NCBI RefSeq assembly: GCF_036373705.1 | Contig: NC_089855.1 | Span: 18,149,962-18,213,961, forward strand | Direction of reading: 5' to 3' | DNA length: 64,000 bases | DNA from: Amia ocellicauda | Lineage: Eukaryota | Shown: piece by piece, positions 53,167-63,779 of the stretch | Layout: the number at the start of each line of letters is the position of its first letter | Numbering within the stretch: position 1 is the stretch's first letter | Program-made: the position numbers and the translations under genes | Notes under the pieces: generated by a model | The model's input: the letters and a program-made list of their open reading frames with translations, nothing else | Database searches by the model: none | What the model was told of the DNA's origin: nothing

Positions 53167-53985
53167 GTAAGTCCATGTTTCCTTTGAGATATTCAAACTA
53201 AGCCATGTTATTTACGCTTTGAATAAATTTTCATAGTTTTTCACACCATGAGCAGATCTGCAATGAGACCAGACAATCATTTTTGGCTTGTTGGGTTATC
53301 GATTGAATTGCTCTGTTGATTTTTGGTATAGATAGTCCCCTTAACATAGTTTAAATGAGAGAAATTAATGAACTGTCAAGTGAAGTGTTGTAAGGATAGG
53401 ACTACCTGCTGAGATGTAACTGCATTTGGAAAGTGTCTCTTGTAATCTCTGGTTCTTTTTTGTCCACACTTATTATGTTAGGACACCTATTAGGATTATG
53501 TTTACCTTTATTATAGAGATGGTTAGTCTTTGTTTTTTTGTATTAACAATGCATCATTATTTAATGCATGCATTCTATTATTTGTATGACGTTACAACTG
53601 GGGATTTAGATGCAACTGTTCCAGTTTCCTTTCTTCAATCGGTTGTTGGATAGCTAGCGACCCGATAAATTGCAAATGCTGACCTAATTCTTTATTCTTG
53701 GTTTACAGCTTTGTAGAGCTCTACAGTCAGTTGAGCTTGGTTATAGGAGCCCCTTGGCACAGAAAGCTTTCACACTTGAAAACAAATAGTAAGCATTTTG
53801 CATAACATCTACCGGAAGTCCCTTTCCCTGTCATAGTTGAACCTATAATGTTTTGAGAGATTTAATAGGAAGATCTACACTTTGTGTGACATCTCTAAAT
53901 TACCCATTGAAGTATTCAGAAGGCCCTTCTGGTTTCGTTTAAAATGTTGATGCATCATTTTTGTGATTTTTATCTTGCTCTTTAG

Positions 53986-54101
53986 GTGCAGCACCTGCAT
54001 GCCATTTTTGTAAAAGAAGTGCATTACCTCAGTATCAAGCCACACTGCCTGATGGGAAGCTTTATAACTTCTGTAGTTCTAACTGTGTGACAAAATTTCA
54101 G
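53986..54101 (+). CDS. ZMYM2: ZMYM2 exon. It encodes (G)AAPACHFCKRSALPQYQATLPDGKLYNFCSSNCVTKFQ.
   Basis: The acceptor is ctctttag|gt. The donor is ttt cag|gtaatc. It matches human IICHFCKRNSLPQYQATMPDGKLYNFCNSSCVAKFQ. Confidence 0.88.
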
Positions 54102-54775
54102 GTAATCTCCCTCTGTTGTGCTCTGGTTATACTCCTTTTATGATTTAATTGTGAATGCATTAGATTATACCCCCACCCCCTGTTAAATAACTAAATTGAA
54201 AATCCTTGTATGTATTAACTCAAAACATTAGGTCTATGATACAGGATTCATTTGACCCTAAGCACAAGTCCTAATGACTGTTCATCTCGCAGAACTCAGA
54301 GCTTTGTAAAAGTAGTCCCGTCCTATGTATTAACGTTGTGAATATTTGTAAATAACTTGGTTTTTAAGACCGACTAGTACTTACTTTTGCATCCACACAT
54401 TTTCCTTTAGCATCTTGTTCTCGTTGCTCTCCTCATCACTGTGTATGACATCTGCAGAGCTCCTCTGCCAGCACTGGCAACCATGAACATTTGGTTCACA
54501 AAGTATTGAGATTTGATATCAAAATAAAATTTACAAGACTAATGTTTGAGGTTTGGTACTAGGACGTCTTCAAAGTCATGACGACTGTCCCTGAGGTTTA
54601 AGCATATTGCAGATTTTAGTTTTTTAATTTGGTTATTGTTTTTAATTATTCTAATTCTAATCCCCTCAGAACTTTTTTTTTTTTTTTTTTTACCTTGTTC
54701 TAAAGTGTTGTATTTTCACAAGTCACAGTGAACTCTGAGTATATTTTACTGAATTCTGATGTCTCTGTTTCACAG

Positions 54776-54895
54776 ACTTTAAGTGTTCAGTCCTCAACAA
54801 ATGGGCAGACTGCACATTCCTTGAATAATATCCAGCTGAAATGCAATTATTGTAGAGGAGCTTTCAGTTTAAAGCCAGAGACGCTGGAGTGGGAG
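54776..54895 (+). CDS. ZMYM2: ZMYM2 exon. It encodes TLSVQSSTNGQTAHSLNNIQLKCNYCRGAFSLKPETLEWE.
   Basis: ORF 54728..54964 supports it. The acceptor is gtttcacag|act. The donor is tgg gag|gtaagt. Confidence 0.88.
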
Positions 54896-55123
54896 GTAAG
54901 TTTTAATTTTTTCAGTAAAGGGGACAATCTTGACTTCCTTACGTTTATGGATAATTCAAATTGAATTTGTGTATCAGATGGTTGTTAACACCATTCTAAT
55001 TGTAGTATAGTGTGCTATGATATGTGTATCAATTTATTTAAATCCTTCATTTGTACTGGCAAAACATATTGTTGAAGCTGCCATAAAATGGTGTTAATTT
55101 GAGCATCCTCTGATTTCCTACAG

Positions 55124-55274
55124 AATAAAGTCTACCAGTTTTGCAGCAAAACTTGCTGTGATGACTACAAAAAACTGCACTGTATTGTAACATACTGTGA
55201 ATACTGTCAAGAGGAGAAAACTCTTCATGACATGGTGAAATTCTCAGGAGTGAAAAGACCTTTCTGCAGTGAAG
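55124..55274 (+). CDS. ZMYM2: ZMYM2 exon. It encodes NKVYQFCSKTCCDDYKKLHCIVTYCEYCQEEKTLHDMVKFSGVKRPFCSE(G).
   Basis: The acceptor is tttcctacag|aat. The donor is gaa g|gtgagt. It is near-identical to human ZMYM2. Confidence 0.9.
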
Positions 55275-55796
55275 GTGAGTCAGGGACAGGCTGAGATTTT
55301 AAACTTCATTAGCAGTCTTTTATTTTCTGTAAGGAAGCATTTTGTATTTGAAGGATGCTTCTGTCATGGGGAAAGTTCCTCAAGTGGTTTTAACTGCCTT
55401 TATAATATGTAGTGTATTTAATTAGTTTGCAATAAAATATGATTGAACCATTTATTTTGTAGGGTGAGAACTGGCCAAGTACAGTTAACTCTATAGTAGT
55501 TCATGTAGGAATTATTGGCTAATGAATTGGTTGGTGATCAAGATGTTATTTTAAATCAATGTACAATTTTCTAAGCAGTAGATTTTAAAGTAGTAATAAC
55601 ATTTGCTGTCTAAGGACCTATAACTTGTTTTTTCTGAAGTTTTTATTTTAGTATGAAGTATTGTATTCTACCACTAGATGGAGTCCCTTTACCAAACTGT
55701 AAAATACTAAATTGCAGAGCGATTTCCTAAAAATTGCAAAAGCAGATGAAGTTGACCAGAAAAAGTTCATTAAAATGTACGATTTTGTCCTTTCAG

Positions 55797-55969
55797 GCTG
55801 TAAGCTGCTGTTTAAACAGGACTTTGCAAGACGATTAGGTCTGAAATGTGTAACCTGCAGCTACTGTTCCCAAATGTGTAAAAGAGGAGCCACTAAAGAG
55901 ATCGATGGGATTATGCGAGACTTCTGCAGTGAAGCCTGTTCCAAGAAGTTTACAGACTGGTATTACAAG
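55797..55969 (+). CDS. ZMYM2: ZMYM2 exon. It encodes (G)CKLLFKQDFARRLGLKCVTCSYCSQMCKRGATKEIDGIMRDFCSEACSKKFTDWYYK.
   Basis: ORF 55712..56083 supports it. The acceptor is cctttcag|gc. The donor is aag|gtcaga, which is a weak donor. Confidence 0.88.
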
Positions 55970-56230
55970 GTCAGAACATCTGTGTATTCTGTGTATAAAT
56001 TCCACACTTGTGTATGCATTTCATTTGATGAGGTATTAAGATTAAAATGCACAGCCAGTCTGCTCAAGATTTTGAGGGGCTGAGGAAGCTGTACTGATTT
56101 GTGTAATCTGAACCTAGGGTGAAGAGGAATAGATTCTACATAGATTTGCAATGGATAAGTCCTTTAAACCCCTAAGTGATTTGTCATATTGAGTTCAGAA
56201 TGGTAACATGGCCACTGTTCTCCATTCCAG

Positions 56231-56396
56231 GCTGCGCGCTGTGACTGCTGTAAAGTGCAGGGCAATCTTACGGAGTCTGTACAGTGGAGGGCGGAGATGA
56301 AACATTTCTGCGACCAGCACTGTTTGCTGCGCTTTTACTGTCAGCAGAACGAGCCCAACATGTCCACCCAGAAAGGCCCTGAAAATATGTCCTTCG
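56231..56396 (+). CDS. ZMYM2: ZMYM2 exon. It encodes AARCDCCKVQGNLTESVQWRAEMKHFCDQHCLLRFYCQQNEPNMSTQKGPENMSF(G).
   Basis: The acceptor is ccattccag|gct. The donor is ttc g|gtacga. It matches human AARCDCCKSQGTLKERVQWRGEMKHFCDQHCLLRFYCQQNEPNMTTQKGPEN. Confidence 0.88.
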
Positions 56397-56750
56397 GTAC
56401 GATCTCAATTTAGACCGTTTTATAAAACCAATTGAAAGATGTTAATCGATACACACTGGTTCTTCACGCCCCCCCCTCCCCTCGGAAAAGAAATAGCTGT
56501 TGTCCAAAGCGTTCAGTAACCATAGAAAATATCCTAATTTACAATACAGAAGAGCAGGAGTTTTGTTGCAAATCCTTGTTTGTTTAAATTAATAAAACAT
56601 TGTTAGAAACTCACTGTACCTTAATCTTAAGTAAATTGTAAACTTATAGTAGATAATTTGTGGCATATCTTTTAGCTGAGTACTTCCCTTTGAGATGTGG
56701 GGATATTATCTTATGGTTATAGCTGATTTGTTTTGTTTTGCTTTTTATAG

Positions 56751-56779
56751 GGCAAGGAACGCAAACAACGAAAAGCACC
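56751..56779 (+). CDS. ZMYM2: ZMYM2 29-nt micro-exon. It encodes (G)QGTQTTKST.
   Basis: It is required to keep the frame between the flanking exons. The acceptor is ctttttatag|gg. The donor is agc acc|gtaagt. It corresponds to the human QGCQTSRTKMTG segment. Confidence 0.7.
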
Positions 56780-56896
56780 GTAAGTGCGTTTTTAAGATCA
56801 AATCACGTTCTACTATATATATTCATTGTAAGGTTTGAGCTCTTGGTACGAAGTAAGGATTTTCATATGCATTTGTTCTCTTAAAAATACTTTTAG

Positions 56897-57041
56897 GGAT
56901 CAAATCAGACTTCATCAGTTTCATCTTACTCCAATTGTGGGATAAAGGATGTGAAGAACAAGGCTGTGCTGTGTAAACCTCTAACAATGACGAAAGCCAC
57001 ATATTGTAAGCCGCACATGCAGACGAAGTCCTGTCAGACAG
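56897..57041 (+). CDS. ZMYM2: ZMYM2 exon. It encodes GSNQTSSVSSYSNCGIKDVKNKAVLCKPLTMTKATYCKPHMQTKSCQT(D).
   Basis: The acceptor is cttttag|gga. The donor is aca g|gtaaac. It matches human NKEMKNKAVLCKPLTMTKATYCKPHMQTKSCQTD. Confidence 0.88.
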
Positions 57042-57134
57042 GTAAACTACGGCAGAGTCGCTGACAAGTGTTTTTTAAACTTAGTTAGGTTTGCAGTGAT
57101 TTGAATGTGCAGTTGATTTTTGTCTGTCTTCCAG

Positions 57135-57250
57135 ATGAAGTAGTGAAGACTGAGTATGTTCCAGTCCCCATCCCTGTGCCTGTGTATATCCCAGTGCCCA
57201 TGAACATGTACAGCCAGATTACCCCTGCTCCAGTGACGCTACCCGTTCCG
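57135..57250 (+). CDS. ZMYM2: ZMYM2 exon. It encodes (D)EVVKTEYVPVPIPVPVYIPVPMNMYSQITPAPVTLPVP.
   Basis: ORF 57101..57373 supports it. The acceptor is gtcttccag|at. The donor is ccg|gtagga. It matches human TEYVPVPIPVPVYIPVPMHMYSQ. Confidence 0.88.
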
Positions 57251-57698
57251 GTAGGAACCCTCTTCCCCCGTTATCATGTGACAGTTCATTTTATTTATTA
57301 CACAAATGTTTTAGTTTTATGGTTGGGTTTCTGGTGTGTTGTGATCCAATGGCTCACCTCACCAGTAGGATGATGGATAGCAAATGAGTTAATTCTGTGA
57401 AAGAAATGTGAATGTTTTATGTAAAATAAATGATGTTGCACTTAAACTTGGGTGTAATGTTTCATTTTGAACTTCAACCGTACACATTAAAGCCTGCTTC
57501 ATGTCTGGGGATTTTGCAGGTAGATTACAATTCAGCTTTTCCAAATCAAGCCTCTCCACGTAAACCCACTTTCTCCCCCCAGTCCTCTGCTAGACTTAAA
57601 TGCTGGGTCAAAGACTCTGACATGCATATCATTGCTTGCAGCCCACATGGTTTACCCTTATTAAAGGAGGTGTTTACAGCAATGCTTGTCATCCGCAG

Positions 57699-57861
57699 GT
57701 TCCAGTGCCAGTTTTTTTGCCCACTACACTGGATAGTGCAGAGAAGATTGTGCAGGCCATTGATGAGCTCAAGGCCAAGATTCCCACAGATCCGCTGGAG
57801 GCTGACCTTTTGACCATGGCTGAAATGATAGCCGAGGCAGATGAGAAGCCAGACAGTACAG
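57699..57861 (+). CDS. ZMYM2: ZMYM2 exon. It encodes VPVPVFLPTTLDSAEKIVQAIDELKAKIPTDPLEADLLTMAEMIAEADEKPDST(D).
   Basis: ORF 57636..58094 supports it. The acceptor is catccgcag|gtt. The donor is aca g|gtatgc. It matches human VPVFLPAPLDSSEKIPAAIEELKSK...LLTMTDMMSED. Confidence 0.85.
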
Positions 57862-59251
57862 GTATGCCTTGCCTACAGACAGGACTGGTGTCTGCTTTGC
57901 TAACAGTTGCGCACCAGCAATTTTACTGTACCTCCTTGTCAATTCCGGTTATAACCACATTTGCGATTTCAATAGTAATTTGGTGTTTGTGGTCAGCCCT
58001 CAGGCAGACCTCGGAGCGCCTTCTCTGCATAGCCCAAATGAGTGACTGTTATATAAACATGGAAATTGTGACACACAATCCAAATAAGTTTTAATTTTGA
58101 CTTTTGAGATGTATTTTTCAAATCCCATGTTGAGATCTGTGTTTTTTGTTTTTTGTTTTTTGTTTTAGCTGGAGACTCCAGGCTGCCTGTATGGTTCAAT
58201 AACATAAATAGAAATTATACACACACACCCCTGCTTCTCCAAGATAAAACCGCATCGGATTGCATCAGTCGATCTGAACTGATTTTGTGTAAACTGTACA
58301 TTACTGTTAGGAACTACCATATAAGTTAATATTGATGCATGACGCATTTTCACAAACCTTCGTAGCTTTTCACCTTTTTCAGAGGAGAAATGTTTGCAGA
58401 TAACTGCAGAAAATAAAATTTCAGTGTTCAGTGATCATGGATGCTTTCTGCAAATGCTTAATTCAACACTGGCTAACCTTGATTATATGCTGCTATGGTT
58501 GATCCAGACATTTGTATCGGATTTAAAAAATGCTAACTAGTATAACACAAAACCGAATAACTAGTGCATAGGGCTGTGCAATATGATGTATATCGTGTGA
58601 CGATAGAAAAATGTCTATCGTTTCATATTATTTTTCGTCATTTGGACAACACTTTGCATTCTTCCCGGTTCTTCCTTACATGCCGGATTGCAGGCAAGAA
58701 ATGTGCATTCAGAAACGCAAACAAACATGGAGGAGAGTGAACTTGACACAGAATAACCAAAAGATACTTTAATTCACAAGCGCACACGTTCCGCCTCACT
58801 CTCATTGCCAAGCTAAACTCGATCTGCAATCACCCCCGACAATACGCAATCACACCCCCCACCCCCACTAATTTAGATGTATATAATTAGTATGAAATTA
58901 AAGAACAATAAAGTTTGGTTGCATTTGAATACATTGGAAAGCAATGCAAACAGATACAGAAAGTTTCATTTTCTTTTTATTAAGATGTTGAATAACAGTT
59001 TTTATTATTATTATAACTATTTTGTATTAACACGTGCTGTACTGGTAAGCAGAATTGAAATGCGACAGTCAGAGAAGAAATGTACTTGTCTAGCAGGTGT
59101 TAAATGCGCCACTATAAACCCAGCTGTGGTAAATCTACCTGAATCTATACTATTTTACAGCGCATGTGTTGTGTGATTACCATTACTTGTTGTTGTTATC
59201 TGACCGTAAATCATACTGTGTGTGTATGTATGTATGTGTGTGTATATAATA

Positions 59252-60142
59252 TATATACCGATCAGCCATAACATTATGACCACTGACAGGTAAGTGAATA
59301 ACACTAATACTCTCATTATCATGGCACATGTCAGTGGGTGGGATCTATTTAGGCAGCAAGTGAACATTTTGTCCTCAAAGTTGATGTGTTAGAAGCAGGA
59401 GAAATGGGCAAGCGTAAGGATCTGAGCGACTTTGACAAGGGCCAAATTGTGATGGGTAGATGACTGGGTCAGAGCATCTCCAAAACTGCAGCTCTTGTGG
59501 GGTGTTCCTGGTTTGCAGTGGTCAGTACCTATCAAAAGTGGTCCAAGGAAGGAAAAGCGGTGAACCGCCGACAGGGTCATGGGCGGCCAAGGCTCATTGA
59601 TGCACGTGGGCTGGCCTGTGTGGTCCAATCCAACAGACGAGCTACTGCTCAAATTGCTGAAAAAGTGAATGCTGGTTCTGATAGAAAGGTGTCAGAACAC
59701 ACAGTGCATCGCAGTTTGTTGCGTATGGGGCTGCGTAGCCGCAGACCAGTCAGGGTGCCCATGCTGACCCCTGTCCACTGCTGAAAGCGCCTACAATGGG
59801 CACGTGAGCATCAGAATTGGACCACGGAGCAATGGAAGAAGGTGGCCTGGTCTGATGAATCACGAGTTCAAGGTATTGACTTGGCCTCCAAATTCCCCAG
59901 ATCTCAATCCAGTCGAGCATCTGTGGGATGTGCTGGACAAACAAGTCCGATCCATGGAGGCCTCACCTCGCAACTTACAGGACTTAAAGGATCTGCTGCT
60001 AACGTCTTGGTGCCAGATACCACAGCACACCTTCAGAGGTCTAGTGGAGTCCATGCCTCAACGGGTTAGGGCTGTTTAGGCAGCAAAAGGGGACCTACAC
60101 AATATTAGGCAGGTGGTCATAATGTTATGGCTGATCGGTGTA
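59252..60142 (+). mobile_element. Second copy of the same internally deleted Tc1 derivative (copy 2). It shares the deletion junction and carries an extra small deletion.
   Basis: The TIRs are TATACCGATCAGCCATAACATTATGACC and ...GGTCATAATGTTATGGCTGATCGGTGTA. ORFs 59497..59784 and 59804..60079 are about 95% identical to copy 1. They share the same junction WSDESRVQGIDL..VLTWPPNSPDLNPVEH. There is an additional in-frame loss at DARG|LACVVQ relative to copy 1 ([14 protein letters not shown]). Confidence 0.85.
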
Positions 60143-60144
60143 TA

Positions 60145-61362
60145 TACACTCACCTAACGGATTATTAGGAACACCTGTTCAATTTCTCATTAATGCAATT
60201 ATCTAATCAACCAATCACATGGCAGTTGCTTCAATGCATTTAAGGGTGTGGTCCTGGTCAAGACAATCTCCTGAACTCCAAACTGAATGTCTGAATGGGA
60301 AAGAAAGGTGATTTAAGCAATTTTGAGCGTGGCATGGTTGTTGGTGCCAGACGGGCCGGTCTGAGTATTTCACAATCTGCTCAGTTACTGGGATTTTCAC
60401 GGACAACCATTTCTAGGGTTTACAAAGAATGGTGTGAAAAGGGAAAAACATCCAGTATGCGGCAGTCCTGTGGGCGAAAATGCCTTGTTGATGCTAGAGG
60501 TCAGAGGAGAATGGGCCGACTGATTCAAGCTGATAGAAGAGCAACTTTGACTGCTCGTTACAACCGAGGTATGCAGCAAAGCATTTGTGAAGCCACAACA
60601 CATACAACCTTGAGGCGGATGGGCTACAACAGCAGAGGATCCCACCGGGTACCACTCATCTCCACTACAAATAGGAAAAAGAGGCTACAATTTGCACAAG
60701 CTCACCAAAATTGTACAGTTGAAGACTGGAAAAATGTTGCCTGGTCTGATGAGTCTCGATTTCTGTTGAGACATTCAGATGGTAGTCAGAATTTGGCGTA
60801 AACAGAATGAGAACATGGATCCATCATGCCTTGTTACCACTGTGCAGGCTGGTGGTGGTGGTGTAATGGTGTGGGGGATGTTTTCTTGGCACACTTTAGG
60901 CCCCTTAGTGCCAATTGGGCATCGTTTAAATGCCACGGCCTACCTGAGCATTGTTTCTGACCATGTCCATCCCTTTATGACCACCATGTACCCATCCTCT
61001 GATGGCTACTTCCAGCAGGATAATGCACCATGTCACAAAGGTCCAATCATTTCAAATTGGTTTCTTGAACATGACAATGAGTTCACTGTACTAAACTGGC
61101 CCCCACAGTCACCAGATCTCAACCCAATAGAGCATCTTTGGGATGTGGTGGAACGGGGGCTTCGTGCCCTGGATGTTCATCCCACAAATCTCCATCAACT
61201 GCAAGATGCTATCCTATCAATATGGGCCAACATTTCTAAAGAATGCTTTCAGCACCTTGTTGAATCAATGCTACGTAGAATTAAGGCAGTTCTGAAGGCG
61301 AAAGGGGGTCAAACACAGTATTAGTATGGTGTTCCTAATAATCCTTTAGGTGAGTGTGTGTA
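60145..61362 (+). mobile_element. Near-intact Tc1 transposon of a distinct subfamily. Its transposase gene is complete except for one frameshift.
   Basis: The TIRs are TACACTCACCTAACGGATTATTAGGAACAC at 60145 and GTGTTCCTAATAATCCTTTAGGTGAGTGTGTA at 61329-61362. ORF 60295..60801 encodes MGKKGDLSNFERGMVVGARRAGLSISQSAQLLGFSRTTISRVYKEWCEKGKTSS...WSDESRFLLRHSDG. ORF 60779..61324 encodes RIWRKQNENMDPSCLVTTVQAGGGGVMVWGMFSWHTLGPL...FQQDNAPCHKG...WPPQSPDLNPIEHLWDVVER...KAKGGQTQY*. The two ORFs differ by -1 frame at about 60783 (GGTAG-TCAGA). Confidence 0.85.
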
Positions 61363-62518
61363 TATATATACACAATGTACACACCTAGGGATGAAACGGT
61401 TACCGGTTTCACGATAAACCACGGTGAAATTCCCAACGGTTAGTATTACAGTTTCAAATTTTAATTATTAAAACTGTGTTTGAAAAACGCATGGTAAATA
61501 CTGACCCGCATCAACCAAAGTTAGCAACAGTCTGATGCAGGCGCAGCATGCAACAACGTGGGTTTTGTTTTTTGTGAAAACATGGTGGAAGGCAGTGACA
61601 GCGCTCTGGAGCTTCCTTTGTTTTTCTAATGCAGTTATGCCAAACCACGCCCCGTTTCTGCTAGGTGTTCTAGACTCACAGGTCTGTGTCATTGGTCAAC
61701 AGCCTGAAAGCGCTGATTGGACAGACTGAGAGACTCAGCAGTCAGAGACTGGTGTTTTATGCGAGTGCAATGTCTCGGTGTTGCGGGTTCTATTACTCAT
61801 ATTTAATGATTAATGAAATACTTGTAGTTTGAATGTCTTTGGTCTTGTTTTGTAGCTTGATTGGATAAAAACAAGAAATATCGAGATATTATTTTTAGTC
61901 GTATTGCTCAGCCCTACTAGGGCAACACAATACAAATGAATATGCACATAATTATACAAAATAATGCACAGAATAAAAGTAACATGTGCCAAAGTAGGGT
62001 AGTCCACAGTTTGTGACGTGTAATCCAAATCAATGAAAAGCAAATTCCCTTTTTTAATTGCAGATTTCTCAAATGATGTAATGTTATCAAGTTTGGACTA
62101 TTAAAACATAACTTTATACATGAAGACAGTTACTTGTAGCATTTATAATTCAGGTGTATTGGATCTCGGGTGCTTCTGGATCGTTTTGATTTGGCCACAG
62201 ATGGTGCAGAATTGCAGCCTTTCTGAAGCCACTAATACAGTCCAGATTGTCTTCTGTATGTTGCAATGTGCTCATTAACCATCTCACACCCAGGTGCTTG
62301 TGACAATATTTACTTTCACAATGATGATCAGCATATTTTGCAAATATGTTATGATATGCCACAGTTTATTTATTGAAATAAAATATTTTCAAATACTTAG
62401 AACCTATCCTTCATCTTTCACCCCTGTCTTACTACATGTAAATACTGGATTATCAAGTAGGGGACCATTTATTTAATGGAATATACAACTTTTTCCCTTT
62501 TTTCCCTTTCCTTTGAAG

Positions 62519-62626
62519 ATGTGAAAATTGAAAGCCAGAAGAGTGAAGGGGCCAGTTCAGATGAGAAAGAAGAGCCAGATGATTCTTATGAGCCTGAACT
62601 GGATTTGGAAAATGATTTCCCTAGAG
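62519..62626 (+). CDS. ZMYM2: ZMYM2 exon. It encodes (D)VKIESQKSEGASSDEKEEPDDSYEPELDLENDFPR(V).
   Basis: The acceptor is cctttgaag|at after a long polypyrimidine tract. The donor is aga g|gtgtgt. It matches human ...YEPDLDIEIDFPR. Confidence 0.8.
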
Positions 62627-63061
62627 GTGTGTTTCTTGAATGAATGAATGAATTGTCACACAATAGCCAGCCCTTTAGTACGAAACACTTTTGTACATAA
62701 TGGTCTTCATTGGATCTTTTCTTGCTTGAAAGTCATAAGACTAACGGAATAGACTGCTAAATGTATTCAGAATAAACTATATAATTATAAATCATACAAG
62801 GTCTCTTGTCAAATGTTAATATGAGAACAAAAAACACACAATCCAGATTTTATGTAGATGCAGCTTTTCACATGGTTTGGGGACATCAAAGCATTGTAAA
62901 CCATCTGCAGCATCTAGTTCCCCCCCCCTCATAGTGTTTAGCAAATGCACATCCCTGGAACTGTATTCAACTCTGGTTCCACAACCAAGACTCTGTTCAT
63001 TTGATCAACGTCCATTTGTCCCAATGCCAGACTTGTCACAGTCTTCCCATCTTCTTAACAG

Positions 63062-63168
63062 TTCCCGATCCGGTTGTAGAAGAACTTGATAGTGAAATAG
63101 CGTTCATGTTGCCTCCTGTTTTGGGAGAAGAAAATGAAGAGAAGCCTCGACCTCAAGTTAAAAAGAAG
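63062..63168 (+). CDS. ZMYM2: ZMYM2 exon. It encodes (V)PDPVVEELDSEIAFMLPPVLGEENEEKPRPQVKKK.
   Basis: ORF 62877..63089 overlaps it. The acceptor is cttaacag|tt. The donor is aag aag|gtatga. It matches human AAEELDMENEFLLPPVFGEEYEEQPRPRSKKK. Confidence 0.8.
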
Positions 63169-63464
63169 GTATGACTTTGGAAGTGTACTCTGGGAAACGG
63201 ACAAGCTTATGAAGTGTGGAGTGGAAATGGAAAATGATATCCACCAACACTAGTGCAGTTAATATTTCCAGAGTAATGGAAGGTATCTAAAATGCTTTTG
63301 TGGTGGTCTCCATTTTATATGGGCTTCTAGTATTAATCTTTTATAAAATATGAGCTTTTATAATACAGATCTGAAAGTATACTTTGTGATTGCAGTCTGT
63401 AGCAAGTGAAGACTTGAAAGGGCCTACCTAAACGCAGTTACTTTTTGTTCTGTTTTGTAAATAG

Positions 63465-63645
63465 GGATACAAGAGAAGAGCAGCTGAAGATAATTCCCAT
63501 GTAATTTGGCCTGAAACTCCAGACAGTTTGTTTGCCTTAAAATCTACTTATGGCATTAATGCTTGGAAGCGATGGGTGTCAACTACAGCTACAGCTGTAA
63601 CAGAAGGCACAGAGGATAACCAAGAACAGGAACAACCAAAACAAA
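63465..63645 (+). CDS. ZMYM2: ZMYM2 exon. It encodes GYKRRAAEDNSHVIWPETPDSLFALKSTYGINAWKRWVSTTATAVTEGTEDNQEQEQPKQ(T).
   Basis: The acceptor is ttgtaaatag|gga. The donor is caa a|gtgagt. It matches human GAKRKAVSG...FKYTYGVNAWKHWV. Confidence 0.8.
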
Positions 63646-63779
63646 GTGAGTGGTGTGTCTAGAAACTGATCAAGATGGACAATGGCCAAGACTGACGCTT
63701 CCTAAAGAGATTGTTTTGTAGGATTTTTAGTAGGATCTTGACTGGACTTTTCTTTATTGAATTATAATTTTTATTGCAG

